Source: Dehalococcoidia bacterium (GTDB lineage: Bacteria; Chloroflexota; Dehalococcoidia; UBA2979). Taken from it: 64,000 bases of DNA. Numbering within the stretch: the first letter of the stretch is position 1; the number at the start of each line of letters is the position of its first letter. The position numbers and the translations under genes are program-made. The notes beneath the pieces were generated by a model that was not told the DNA's origin, did no database searches, and saw only the letters and a program-made list of their open reading frames with translations. Positions 16,369 through 25,476 of this stretch are shown one piece after another. The DNA is taken from positions 2,624,001 through 2,688,000 of the forward strand of contig OZ244720.1 of assembly GCA_965219085.1 (NCBI GenBank), written 5' to 3'.

Positions 16369-18042
16369 ATGCCCGACCAACAGCCCGATCTCAAGCCCGC
16401 CGCCCTCTACGCCCGCGTCTCCAGCGACCGCCAGGACGTCGACCTCTCCGTCTCCGCCCAGCTGCGCGCGCTCCGCGACTTCGCCGAGAAGAACAATTAC
16501 CTTGTCGTCCGCGAGTATGTCGACGAGGCCGAGAGCGGGCGCGTCGCCGACCGCCCGCAGTTCCGGCAGATGCTCGATGCGGCCGGCAGCGACGACGCGC
16601 CCTTCGAGGAGATCCTCGTCTGGAAGTTCTCGCGCTTCACCCGCAAGCGCGAGCACGCCGTCGCCTTCAAGTCGATGCTGCGCCGCCGCGGCATCCGCGT
16701 CGTCTCCATCACCGAGCACGCCGACGACTCCCCCACCGGCAAGCTCATGGAGGCGATCATCGAGAGCGTCGACGAGTTCTATTCGGAGAACCTGGCGCAG
16801 GAGGTCATGCGCGGTCTGCGCGAGTCGGCTTCACGCGGCTTCTGGGTCGCCCCGCGCGCGCCTTACGGCTACCGCAGGGTCCAGGTGCAGGACGGCCCTA
16901 GGACGCGACCGAAGCTGGAGTTGAATCCGCCCGCCGACGGCATGGTCCGCCGCATCTTCGAGATGGCTCTGCAGGACCGGAGCGTCCTCGAGATCAGCAA
17001 GACGTTCAACGCCGAGGGCATCCCCAGCCCGGCAGGCAAGCGCTGGAACAAGACGACTATCCACCAGATGCTCGCCAACGAGACCTATACGGGAACCTTG
17101 CTCTGGGGCGTCACGGCCAAAGACGGGCTCCCACCCGTGCGTGTCGAGGATGCGTTCCCCGCCATCGTCTCCCGGAAGGAGTTCCAGGAGGTCGCGGGCC
17201 TGCTGCGTGCGAAGGCGCCGGCGCAGGTACATCCGCGTCGCGCCGGGAGCCCATATCTGCTGAGCGGGCTCGTGAAGTGCCGGCGCTGCCGCCGAGCGCT
17301 CACGGCAGCCGAGGCGAAGAGCGGCAAGTACACCTACTACGTCTGCCAGTCGCTGTTGAAGCGAGGCAGCGGTACCTGCGAGACCCCGCGGCTCAACGCG
17401 CAGCACTTCGAGCGGCTGATCATCGAGCAGATTCGGGAGCACATCCTCACCGAGTCCAACATCCGCGACCTCGTGCGGCTCGTTGACGAGGAGATGGACG
17501 GCGTAGCGCGCGAGGAGCGTGCGAAACTCGAGACCACCGAGGCCGAGCTGGCCGAGGTGCGCAGCAAGATGGACCGGCTGTGGCACGCCGTCGAGACCTC
17601 CGATCTGGAGGTCAACGACATCTTGCCCCGCCTGAGGCAGCACCAGGAGCGCCAGGAGCGCCTCGAGACGGCGGCGGCGGATGCGCGCAGGGCGCTCTCG
17701 GAGCGCCGCGTGGCGCTGGACAGCGTCGAGACCATCACCGCCTTCGCTCGAGAGATGAGCGAGTTCCTGCGGACCAGTAAACTCACCGAGTCGAAGACGT
17801 TCATCCGCTCCTTTGTGAAGGAGATCGCCGTCAAGCCCGGGACGGCGACGATCCGGTACACCATCCCGACGCCGCCGGACAGCCCCATCGGTGGGGGAGA
17901 TGCTGCGGAGATCGAGTTGCCCGAGGCAGTTCGCAGTACAGTCAGCTATGGCTGCCGGGGGAGGAATCGAACCTCCATCAAGGGATCCAAAGTCCCCTGT
18001 GCTACCGTTGCACCACCCGGCACCGCTGCGGATCCAGTCTAG
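16369..18042 (+). CDS. Large serine recombinase (integrase)
   Basis: ALYARVSSDRQ catalytic motif, WKFSRFTR, PYGY recombinase domain, YLLSGLVKCRRC...YYVC Zn ribbon, coiled coil. Confidence 0.95.
   Translation: MPDQQPDLKPAALYARVSSDRQDVDLSVSAQLRALRDFAEKNNYLVVREYVDEAESGRVADRPQFRQMLDAAGSDDAPFEEILVWKFSRFTRKREHAVAFKSMLRRRGIRVVSITEHADDSPTGKLMEAIIESVDEFYSENLAQEVMRGLRESASRGFWVAPRAPYGYRRVQVQDGPRTRPKLELNPPADGMVRRIFEMALQDRSVLEISKTFNAEGIPSPAGKRWNKTTIHQMLANETYTGTLLWGVTAKDGLPPVRVEDAFPAIVSRKEFQEVAGLLRAKAPAQVHPRRAGSPYLLSGLVKCRRCRRALTAAEAKSGKYTYYVCQSLLKRGSGTCETPRLNAQHFERLIIEQIREHILTESNIRDLVRLVDEEMDGVAREERAKLETTEAELAEVRSKMDRLWHAVETSDLEVNDILPRLRQHQERQERLETAAADARRALSERRVALDSVETITAFAREMSEFLRTSKLTESKTFIRSFVKEIAVKPGTATIRYTIPTPPDSPIGGGDAAEIELPEAVRSTVSYGCRGRNRTSIKGSKVPCATVAPPGTAADPV
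17949..18022 (-). tRNA. tRNA-Gln: tRNA-Gln(TTG), ICE integration target
   Basis: TGCCGGGTGGTGCAACGGTAGCACAGGGGACTTTGGATCCCTTGATGGAGGTTCGATTCCTCCCCCGGCAGCCA folds into a cloverleaf with encoded CCA. Confidence 0.95.
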
Positions 18043-18126
18043 GCAACCGGCCCCTCCCGGCGATAGCCTGATAGGTGAAGGCGGCACGCTCGAGCTGCCG
18101 TCGCACTGCGCATGGGAGGCCTCACC

Positions 18127-19260
18127 ATGACCGAGTTGCAGGCCGAGGCACAGCAGCGCCTGGACGAGTTGGAGTCGAAGTTCGAAGCCCTGGCGGGGCA
18201 CTTCCTCGGCTACCCGACCAACCAGGACTTCGACTACTCGGCGCTGCTGCCGTTCCTGAGCTACAACGTGAACAATGTCGGCGATCCGTTTCACGAGAGC
18301 GGCTTCAGCACCAACACCCACGACATCGAGCGCGAGGTGATCGGCCACTTCGCGGACTTGATGCGCCTCCACGACGACGAGGCGTGGGGCTACGTCACCA
18401 ACGGCGGCACCGAGGGCAACATGTACGGCATGTTCCTCGCCCGCGAGCTGTTCCCGGACGGCATCGTCTACTTCTCCGAGGACACCCACTACAGCATCCT
18501 CAAGATCACGCGCGTCCTCAGGACCCGCAACATCATGATCAAGAGCCAGACGAGCGGCGAGATCGACTACGACGACCTCTACGAGTCAATCCGCATCAAC
18601 CGCGATGTGCCTGTGATCTTCATGGCCAACATCGGCACCACCATGAAGGGCGCCATCGACGACGCGCGACGCGTGCGCGAGATCTTCGAAGCCCTCGCCA
18701 TCACGCAGCACTACATCCACGGCGATGCGGCGCTCAGCGGGATGATCCTGCCGTTCGTCGACGACCCGCAGCCGCACACCTTCGCCGACGGCTTCGACAG
18801 CATCTCGATCAGCGGCCACAAGCTCATCGGCGCGCCGATCCCCTGCGGGGTCGTGCTTTCCCGCAAGGAGTACGTCGCGCGCATCGCCCGATCGATCGAG
18901 TACATCGGGGCGATGGACACCACGCTCACGGGCTCGCGCAACGGCATCACCCCGCTGATGCTGTGGCTCGCCTGGGAGCGTTACGGTATCGAGGGGTTCC
19001 GCGAGCTCGTCGCGAACATGCTCGGCGTCGCCGCGTACGCCGTCGAGCGCTTCAACAGCCTCGGGATCCCGGCGTGGCGCAACCGCAACTCGGCGACTGT
19101 CGTGTTCCCGCGTCCGCCCGCCGACATCATCGAGAAGTGGCAGCTCGCGCCGTACGAGGCCATCGCGCACCTGATCACGATGGGCCACGTGACCCGCGAG
19201 CAGATCGACCAACTCGGCGACGAGCTCGCGGCGGCGCGCAGGGTCAGCCGGTCCGCCTGA
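18127..19260 (+). CDS. hdcA: PLP-dependent histidine decarboxylase (group II; histidine/serine decarboxylase clade)
   Basis: GYPTN, NNVGDPF, WGYVTNGGTEGN, THYS, NIGTTMKGAIDD, HGDAAL, SISGHK(PLP). Confidence 0.85.
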   Translation: MTELQAEAQQRLDELESKFEALAGHFLGYPTNQDFDYSALLPFLSYNVNNVGDPFHESGFSTNTHDIEREVIGHFADLMRLHDDEAWGYVTNGGTEGNMYGMFLARELFPDGIVYFSEDTHYSILKITRVLRTRNIMIKSQTSGEIDYDDLYESIRINRDVPVIFMANIGTTMKGAIDDARRVREIFEALAITQHYIHGDAALSGMILPFVDDPQPHTFADGFDSISISGHKLIGAPIPCGVVLSRKEYVARIARSIEYIGAMDTTLTGSRNGITPLMLWLAWERYGIEGFRELVANMLGVAAYAVERFNSLGIPAWRNRNSATVVFPRPPADIIEKWQLAPYEAIAHLITMGHVTREQIDQLGDELAAARRVSRSA

Positions 19261-19312
19261 CCACGCACGTCCCTCGCGGCCGCCGAGCGGCCGTGGCATG
19301 AAGAGGAGCGCC

Positions 19313-19705
19313 ATGCAGCGCATCATCGTGAGCACGAAGAACGAGGTCGGCGTGATCGCCGGCATCACCGCGGCCCTCGCCGACCGCGGCATCAACATCC
19401 AGTCGCTCGACACCGAGGGCGTCGGCGATCACGGGATGGTCGTCATCACCACCGATGACGATGACCGCGCGCTCCTCGCGCTCTCGAGCGCTGGCTACCG
19501 CGCCGTCGCCGACGACGCCCTGATCGTGCGGCTCGTCGACGAGCCGGGCGCGCTCGCGCAGCTCTCGGCGCAGTTCCGCGACGCGGGCGTGAACATCCAG
19601 AGCATGCACATCCTCAACCGCCACGGCGGCCACGCCACGATCGCGCTCAGCGCCGACAACATCGACCTCGCACGCTCGGTCGTGGACGAGGGCTCGATGC
19701 TCTGA
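19313..19705 (+). CDS. Tandem ACT-domain protein
   Basis: NEVGVIAGITAALADRGINIQS and DEPGALAQLSAQFRDAGVNIQS. Confidence 0.85.
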   Translation: MQRIIVSTKNEVGVIAGITAALADRGINIQSLDTEGVGDHGMVVITTDDDDRALLALSSAGYRAVADDALIVRLVDEPGALAQLSAQFRDAGVNIQSMHILNRHGGHATIALSADNIDLARSVVDEGSML

Positions 19706-19789
19706 GCCGCGGCGGGGGCAGCGAGTTCCAGGCGCGCCCCGCCGTCCGGCCTGCACGCACGGAGCGAGGAATCGTAGACCGACCTGCTC

Positions 19790-20104
19790 CGGGAACCGGG
19801 TACCTCGCGCTGGTGCTCGGGCTCATCCTCGGACCGGTGTGCTGTTCGTCGTGTTCGGCCTGGGACTGCGTGGCAAGGGCCGCGTTGAGCAACTCGCCGC
19901 GGTCGCGAGGTGGCGACCGTCGAGCGAGCCGGGTTCATTCCGCGCGTGCTCGGTTGGGGCGGCGGGCGAGGCCTCGCGAATCGGCTGACCGACGGCCTCC
20001 GCATCACGCTGGAGTCGGGAGCTATCTACTACATCAGCCCCTCGGACCGCGCGGCGCTCGCGGACAGCGTCCTTGCGAGCGCGGAGGACCAGCAGGCCGG
20101 TTAG
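19790..20104 (+). pseudogene. Possible degraded PH-domain membrane protein
   Basis: Hydrophobic stretch in shifted frames followed by GLRITLESGAIYYISPSDRAAL; no clean start. Confidence 0.3.
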
Positions 20105-20140
20105 GCTTCCCGCCCCGGAGAGCGGGGCGGCGCGCGCTCG

Positions 20141-20551
20141 CTACCCCTCGGCGCGCTGGCGGACGAGCACCATCTCGCCCTCCGGCATGTAGCCGGCGGC
20201 GGCGGCAAGAGCGAGGCCGCCCGTGTTCTGCTCGTGGACCATCACGTAGATGGCGCTGGCGCCCTCGCCGAAGAGGTGGTCGGCGGCCTCGTCCATGAGC
20301 GCCCGCGCCACACCCTTGTGGCGCGCGTCCTCCGAGACGGCGACGTGGTAGATGTACGCACGCCACCCGTCGAAGGAGGCGACGGCCGCGCCGACCATGG
20401 CGTCACCGTCCTCGGCGACGAGGACGGCGGCCGCGGGATGCGCCACCAGCACGTCCCACTCCTCCTCGCTGAGGCGTCCGAGGCCGGTCTCGACCCACAG
20501 GTCGACGAGACTGTCGTGGTCGCTGCTGTTGGCTCTTCGGATGTCCACCAT
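20141..20551 (-). CDS. GNAT-family acetyltransferase
   Basis: AYIYHVAVSEDARHKGVARALM acetyl-CoA motif. Confidence 0.9.
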   Translation of the reverse strand: MVDIRRANSSDHDSLVDLWVETGLGRLSEEEWDVLVAHPAAAVLVAEDGDAMVGAAVASFDGWRAYIYHVAVSEDARHKGVARALMDEAADHLFGEGASAIYVMVHEQNTGGLALAAAAGYMPEGEMVLVRQRAEG

Positions 20552-20685
20552 CTCGCGCCTCGCTTCCCGCCGCGGTGCGCGTTCGCGGCTCACCACGAAC
20601 GTGCACCGTGCGGCCCGAGGCCGTCAACACCCGCCCAGCCGTTGCGCCCTGCCTCGGTCGCCGCGTGCCGGGGCGGAGCCCCGCG

Positions 20686-21507
20686 CTACCGCCCCTTGAA
20701 CTGCGGCGCGCGACGCTCCGAGAACGCCGCGACCGCCTCGCCCATGTCCTCGGTCTTCATCGCCAGCCCCTCGGCGGCGAGGGAGAACGGGATCACATCC
20801 TGCGAGATGCGCTCGAGCGAGCGGTTGATCGCGCGCTTCGTGGTGCGGATCGCGTAGGGCGCGCCCGCCGCGATGCGCGACGCCATCGCGATCGCCTCGT
20901 CGAGCAGGTCCTCGTCGTCGTAGACGCGGAACACGAGGCCGAGCCGCTCGGCGGTCTCGGCGTCGACGTGCTCGCCGGTGAAGAGGTAGTACTTCGCGGC
21001 CTGCGGGCCGACCAACTGCGGCCACAGCACCGCCCCGCCGTCGCCGGCCGTGATGCCGACCACGACGTGCGTGTCGCCGATGCGGATGCTGCGCCCGGCG
21101 AGCACGATGTCGCCGAGCAGCGCGACCGTCGCGCCGAGACCCAGTGCGTAGCCCTTGACCGCCGTGATCACCGGCTTGTCGAGCCGCAGGAAGCCGTCGA
21201 CGATGTTGCGCGCTTCGCCCTCGAGGCCGAGCGGCAGCGCGGGGTCGAGCGAGGGGTCGCCGAAGCTCGCCTCGACGTCGGCGCCGGAGCAGAACGAGCG
21301 CCCGGCGCCGGTGAGGACCACCGCTCGCACATCCTCGTCGTCCTGGATGTCGCCCGGCAACTGCGCAAGTTCGCTGTGCATCGGCCCGCCGACGGCGTTG
21401 TGACGCTCGGGTCGGTTGAGCGTGACGACGGCGACACCGTCGTCGCGCTTGTCGATGAGCATGACCTCGTAGTTGCTCTGGTCGAGGGTCCGGGGCGGGC
21501 GAGCCAT
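20686..21507 (-). CDS. Enoyl-CoA hydratase/isomerase family protein
   Basis: TLNRPERHNA, FCSGADV, KPVITAVKG. Confidence 0.9.
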   Translation of the reverse strand: MARPPRTLDQSNYEVMLIDKRDDGVAVVTLNRPERHNAVGGPMHSELAQLPGDIQDDEDVRAVVLTGAGRSFCSGADVEASFGDPSLDPALPLGLEGEARNIVDGFLRLDKPVITAVKGYALGLGATVALLGDIVLAGRSIRIGDTHVVVGITAGDGGAVLWPQLVGPQAAKYYLFTGEHVDAETAERLGLVFRVYDDEDLLDEAIAMASRIAAGAPYAIRTTKRAINRSLERISQDVIPFSLAAEGLAMKTEDMGEAVAAFSERRAPQFKGR

Positions 21508-21650
21508 GGGCGTGTGTTTCCTTTCACGATCGCGTGCCCAATCGATGCTACATGGGCGGGCGAAGGCTCGCGGGCGGGTGTACCATCCGCATCGTTATCT
21601 CCAGGGCAGGGGCCGCCGACATCCTCGCGCCGGGGCTTGGGGGAGCGCGC

Positions 21651-22352
21651 ATGGCTGGCGGCGTACCGAGTCACGGGCCGTGGTGCAGCACGCAGACGTA
21701 TCCGACGCGATGTGTCGTATGCGGTGACGATGTCTTCCATTTCCGATGCACCTGCGGATCGAGTGTCCTCTTCGACCATCTCGGCGACCCATGGCCGATC
21801 CACCGGGACGACTCGCTGCCCTACCAGCGCAAGCTTGAGATCGTGGCGGCGAAGATCGGCGGCAAGGATGCAGCCGCGCGCTACCTCGAGACCCAGATGA
21901 TGACCGGCACCGTCGATGCCGCCTCCGGGCGGCGCGTCGAGCCGACATGGTGGCGGGAGGTGAAGCCGCCGCCACATCCGCCTCTGCCCGATGAGCCCGC
22001 CCGCGAGATCGTCCGGATGGACCCCTACGCCGGGGCAGCCGAGGACGTGATGGGCGTGGTCCGCGACCTCTTCCGGGACGTTGACGTGTACCGCCGACTC
22101 GGGCTCCCGGAGACATCCGTCTCGGCCGCCGCGCTCGACGAACTGGGCGAGGGCCGGTTCGCCCAAATCACCGTGCACAACACGGCCATCGGCGAACCGG
22201 ACATCGAGAGCTACACGTTCTTCATCCGCGCGCGGCGGATTGCGGGGCTCGGCGTCCGCCGCGGGCACCTCGTCCATTGCTCGCTGCGAGGCGTCTCCGT
22301 GGTGGAACGCGATCCCGTCTGGCTGTGCGACGACATCGAGTGGCCGATCTAG
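21651..22352 (+). CDS. Hypothetical Cys/His-rich Zn-ribbon protein with OB-like C-terminus
   Basis: HGPWC..CVVC..CTC..LFDHLGDPWPIH; GGGGAG RBS. Confidence 0.65.
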   Translation: MAGGVPSHGPWCSTQTYPTRCVVCGDDVFHFRCTCGSSVLFDHLGDPWPIHRDDSLPYQRKLEIVAAKIGGKDAAARYLETQMMTGTVDAASGRRVEPTWWREVKPPPHPPLPDEPAREIVRMDPYAGAAEDVMGVVRDLFRDVDVYRRLGLPETSVSAAALDELGEGRFAQITVHNTAIGEPDIESYTFFIRARRIAGLGVRRGHLVHCSLRGVSVVERDPVWLCDDIEWPI

Positions 22353-22371
22353 GCTGCTCCCCACGGCTCCC

Positions 22372-22607
22372 CCACCCAGGTGCGAGGATCCCGGCGCTGC
22401 CGAGCAGCCGCGCGAGGTTGCGCGGGCGCACGCCGTCGCCAAGCCCTCGCACCGCGTCGACGACCGCCGTGCGGCCGTTCGCAGTCAGCGTGCGGTCCGT
22501 GAGATCGTCGAACCTGGCCTCGAGCTCGGCGGGGGAGAGCGGGCGCTCCGGGTCGCCCTTCGCGCCCTCGACGTACACACGCAGCGTGCGGCCGTCCGTC
22601 AGTTCGT
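22372..22607 (-). pseudogene. Diverged 3' fragment of an MmgE/PrpD gene
   Basis: ELTDGRTLRVYVEGAKGDPERPLSPAELEARF..LARLLGSAGILAPG aligns with the C-terminus of 23455-24864. Confidence 0.8.
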
Positions 22608-22704
22608 GGGCGAGCCATGGGCGTGTGTTTCCTTTCACGATCGCGCCGAGATGCTACGCGCGGGACCCTCTACGGCCCTCTCCCGCGACTTGAATCGTGC
22701 CCCG

Positions 22705-23379
22705 TTATCCGCGGCCGGTGGCTACCGCGGTGTATCGGTGGAGGTGGTGCGCGTAGGCCTCGGGCGAGACGAACGAAGGCGCGTTCGCGGTCTCGAATCG
22801 GTCCGTTGCGTCATTCCAGTGGTGGATCAGTCGCGCGGCTACCCGGCCGTCGCGGACATGATCGACTTCGTGGATGGTCTCGACGACGCGTCGCTCGGGG
22901 TTCTGCCACCTGCCGAAGCTGCGGATGTAGACGACCACATCGATCAGCGAGGCCTGCTCGTTGGTGACTCCGTTCTCCGCGATCACGTCGAATGCGGAGT
23001 CGATGCCGTCAGCGTGCAGCGCCGTCGCGATCACATGTCCGCGAGCGTGCGCGGCCGCGAAGACCTGCCGCACGTCGGGCCCCCACAGGTAGCTGTCGGT
23101 GACGGGGTGTGGCGCGATTTCGGACATCGTGAGGTAGCCGGGCGCCGCGCCCGCATCCGGTATCCCGAGCGAGTCGCCGTGTCGCCTCCCGAGCATGTAG
23201 AGCGGGATCGACTCGGGGCGCTCCTCGAACACCGCCGACATGAGCGTCGTCTTGCCCGCGTTCCGGGGAATCGCAACCATCAGCAGGGACCGCGGTTCGC
23301 CGACGGCCGCCGCAAGGAACGCGGCCATCCCAGGGCCGAGCGTCCGGTTCGCAACCAGTTCGCTGAGCGTGAGTGCCAT
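22705..23379 (-). CDS. Short type II/IV secretion-family (VirB11/TadA-like) P-loop ATPase
   Basis: PRNAGKTTL Walker A, MSEI Walker-B-like, ATALHA His box. Confidence 0.7.
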   Translation of the reverse strand: MALTLSELVANRTLGPGMAAFLAAAVGEPRSLLMVAIPRNAGKTTLMSAVFEERPESIPLYMLGRRHGDSLGIPDAGAAPGYLTMSEIAPHPVTDSYLWGPDVRQVFAAAHARGHVIATALHADGIDSAFDVIAENGVTNEQASLIDVVVYIRSFGRWQNPERRVVETIHEVDHVRDGRVAARLIHHWNDATDRFETANAPSFVSPEAYAHHLHRYTAVATGRG

Positions 23380-23454
23380 CGATCACCTCCCATTCCCCTG
23401 GCAGAAGGGGCAGCGGAGTCCCGAGCATGCCGAGGGCCTCGGCGCGGGCGCGGT

Positions 23455-24864
23455 TTAGCCGAGATCCGCCACCCCTGGCGCGAGGATCCCGGTGCTGCCG
23501 AGCAGCCGCGCGAGGTCGCGCGGGCGCACGCCATCGCCGAGGCGCCGGACTGCCTCGATCACCCGCGCGCGGCCGTCTGTGGTGAGCGTGCGGTCGGTGA
23601 GGTCGGCGAACTTGGCCTCGAGCTCGGCCAGCGACAGTGGCTGCTCCGGATCGCCCTTTGCACCCTCGACGTACTTGCGCAGCGTGCGGCCGTCGGTCAG
23701 CTCGATCTCGACCTCGGCGGGCCAGTGCTGTGGGAAGATCGCCTCGAGGTCCGGCGAGCGGTAGCACTCGACCCGGTCCATGAACGCGGCCGCCTCCGGC
23801 GAGGCGATCGCGTCAGGACGGTACTGGCGCGTGCCGGCGGCGCGATGCAGCACTGCCACCGCCGCGGCGTACGGCATGCTGAACTGCGCGTCGACGATCG
23901 AGGCCGGCCTGCGCTTCTCCGCCTCGGGCTCCGCGACGATGCTCCACCCCGCTTCGAGCACCCCGACGCGGACGCGCGCGATAGCGTCGGGCGCGAGGTC
24001 ATGCTCGCGAACGAGCGTGAGGATCGCGTCGATCGGCGCCTGGTTGTAGCGGCAGCACGCGTACGCCTTGATGCTGGTCGTGTGGATCGCGAGATCGGCG
24101 GTCCGGAGGCCCGCCGTGAGCGCGCCCGGATCGGACGTGTCGCTGTACGCCTGCAGGAACCCCGACCGCCCGGCGATGGGGTCGATCGGCCCGATGTAGC
24201 CGAGCGCGGCGAGCCGCGCGGCGACGATGCCGCCGTGCGCCGCCCAGCCGGGGTGCAGCCGCTTCGTCCACGCGCCGCCGTCGAGGAACGCCATCGAGCC
24301 CGCGGCCGTGCTGAGCGCGATGCCGAGCGCGGAGCGTAGCTGCGTGGCGTCGAGCCGGAGCAGCCGCCCGGCGGCGACCGCCGCGCCGAAGACGCCGACC
24401 GTGCCCGTGGGGTGGAAGCCGCGCGCGTACTGGCCGGCCGCGGTGGCGGCCTCGCCGATGCGCCCGATCACCTCGTACCCGGCGACGACCGCCTCGGCGA
24501 ACGCGTCGAAGTCGGCGTCGGTGGACTCGGCGAGCGCGAGCGCTGCCGGGAACACGGCCGAGCCGGGGTGCGACGACGACGGCTGGTGTGTGTCGTCGGA
24601 TTCGAGGGCGTGCGCGCTGACCCCGGCGACGAGCGCCGCGTACTCCTCGGGCGCTCGCAGCCCGCCCGGCGCCGGGCTCGCGCCCGGCCGGTCGGCGACG
24701 AAGCGCCGCACGGTACACGTCGACTCGGCGTCGAGCCCGCCGAGGGCGTTCGCGGCGTGGTCGAGCAGCAGGTAGCGGATCTGCGTCGCGTCGGCCTCAT
24801 CGAGCCGGTACGAGGCGGCCCAGTCGAGCAGCGCGGCGGTGGCGGTGAGGTCGGTGGTGGTCAT
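23455..24864 (-). CDS. MmgE/PrpD family protein
   Basis: HALESDDTH..SHP, GFHPTG, KRLHPG, IKAYACCRY, AQFSMPY. Confidence 0.9.
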   Translation of the reverse strand: MTTTDLTATAALLDWAASYRLDEADATQIRYLLLDHAANALGGLDAESTCTVRRFVADRPGASPAPGGLRAPEEYAALVAGVSAHALESDDTHQPSSSHPGSAVFPAALALAESTDADFDAFAEAVVAGYEVIGRIGEAATAAGQYARGFHPTGTVGVFGAAVAAGRLLRLDATQLRSALGIALSTAAGSMAFLDGGAWTKRLHPGWAAHGGIVAARLAALGYIGPIDPIAGRSGFLQAYSDTSDPGALTAGLRTADLAIHTTSIKAYACCRYNQAPIDAILTLVREHDLAPDAIARVRVGVLEAGWSIVAEPEAEKRRPASIVDAQFSMPYAAAVAVLHRAAGTRQYRPDAIASPEAAAFMDRVECYRSPDLEAIFPQHWPAEVEIELTDGRTLRKYVEGAKGDPEQPLSLAELEAKFADLTDRTLTTDGRARVIEAVRRLGDGVRPRDLARLLGSTGILAPGVADLG

Positions 24865-24940
24865 CGCGGCGGCGTCCCCGCTCGGCGCAGTCGCCGCCCG
24901 GCGGAGTCGCGAGGCCAGGGCGACGTCAATGCGGTGAGGT

Positions 24941-25014
<74 letters not shown>

Positions 25015-25127
25015 CCGGACTTCGATTGTCGCGGTTGCGCGCTGCGGTTTCCAGCGCGCCGGTTTCAGTGCTGCGGTTCAAGCGCACGCGCGCCCCGGAG
25101 ACCGGGGCGCGTGACGTGTGTGATTGC

Positions 25128-25214
25128 TGGTGCCGAGGATGAGACTCGAACTCATACGCCCTTACGGGCACCGCCCCCTCAAGACGGCGTGTCTGCCAAT
25201 TCCACCACCTCGGC
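25128..25214 (-). tRNA. tRNA-Leu: tRNA-Leu(GAG)
   Basis: GCCGAGGTGGTGGAATTGGCAGACACGCCGTCTTGAGGGGGCGG..long variable arm..CCTCGGCACCA. Confidence 0.95.
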
Positions 25215-25223
25215 AGGTGTTGC

Positions 25224-25299
25224 TGGCAGGAGTGGAGGGATTCGAACCCCCGACCTGCGGTTTTGGAGACCGCTGCTCTTCCAGCTGAGCTACACTCCT
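25224..25299 (-). tRNA. tRNA-Trp: tRNA-Trp(CCA)
   Basis: AGGAGTGTAGCTCAGCTGGAAGAGCAGCGGTCTCCAAAACCGC...GTTCGAATCCCTCCACTCCTGCCA. Confidence 0.95.
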
Positions 25300-25476
25300 G
25301 CGCCCCATCGAGTCTAACAATGGCTCTGCGGGGAGTGAAGCGCCCGCTATCCCCGTGGGCGTGTGGTCGCGGGGTGCCGATAGCAACGTGGGTTGGACGT
25401 GATAGCCAGCGAGGTCGCCTAAGAGCACACTACTGGAGCGTGTGAATCAAGCTACCGCTGCCAGGAGGACATACTG

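Larger units (their letters stand above)
1..17948. mobile_element. Integrative conjugative element (right-hand part), integrated at the 3' end of tRNA-Gln; left end lies outside the window
   Basis: Primase, T4SS genes, relaxase-like gene, HTH regulators and a large serine recombinase are contiguous and abut the CCA end of tRNA-Gln; metabolic host genes begin beyond the tRNA. Confidence 0.85.
21497..22645. repeat. 38-bp exact direct repeat (RBS and start of the crotonase gene) at 21497-21534 and 22608-22645
   Basis: GGGCGAGCCATGGGCGTGTGTTTCCTTTCACGATCGCG present twice. Confidence 0.9.

Noticed and set aside
22705-23379. ATPase as the VirB11 of the ICE
   Set aside because: Lies on the host side of the tRNA-Gln att site among metabolic genes
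25020-25125. Hairpins between tRNA-Leu and tRNA-Cys as a separate ncRNA
   Set aside because: Consistent with ordinary tRNA-operon spacer structure; no further support
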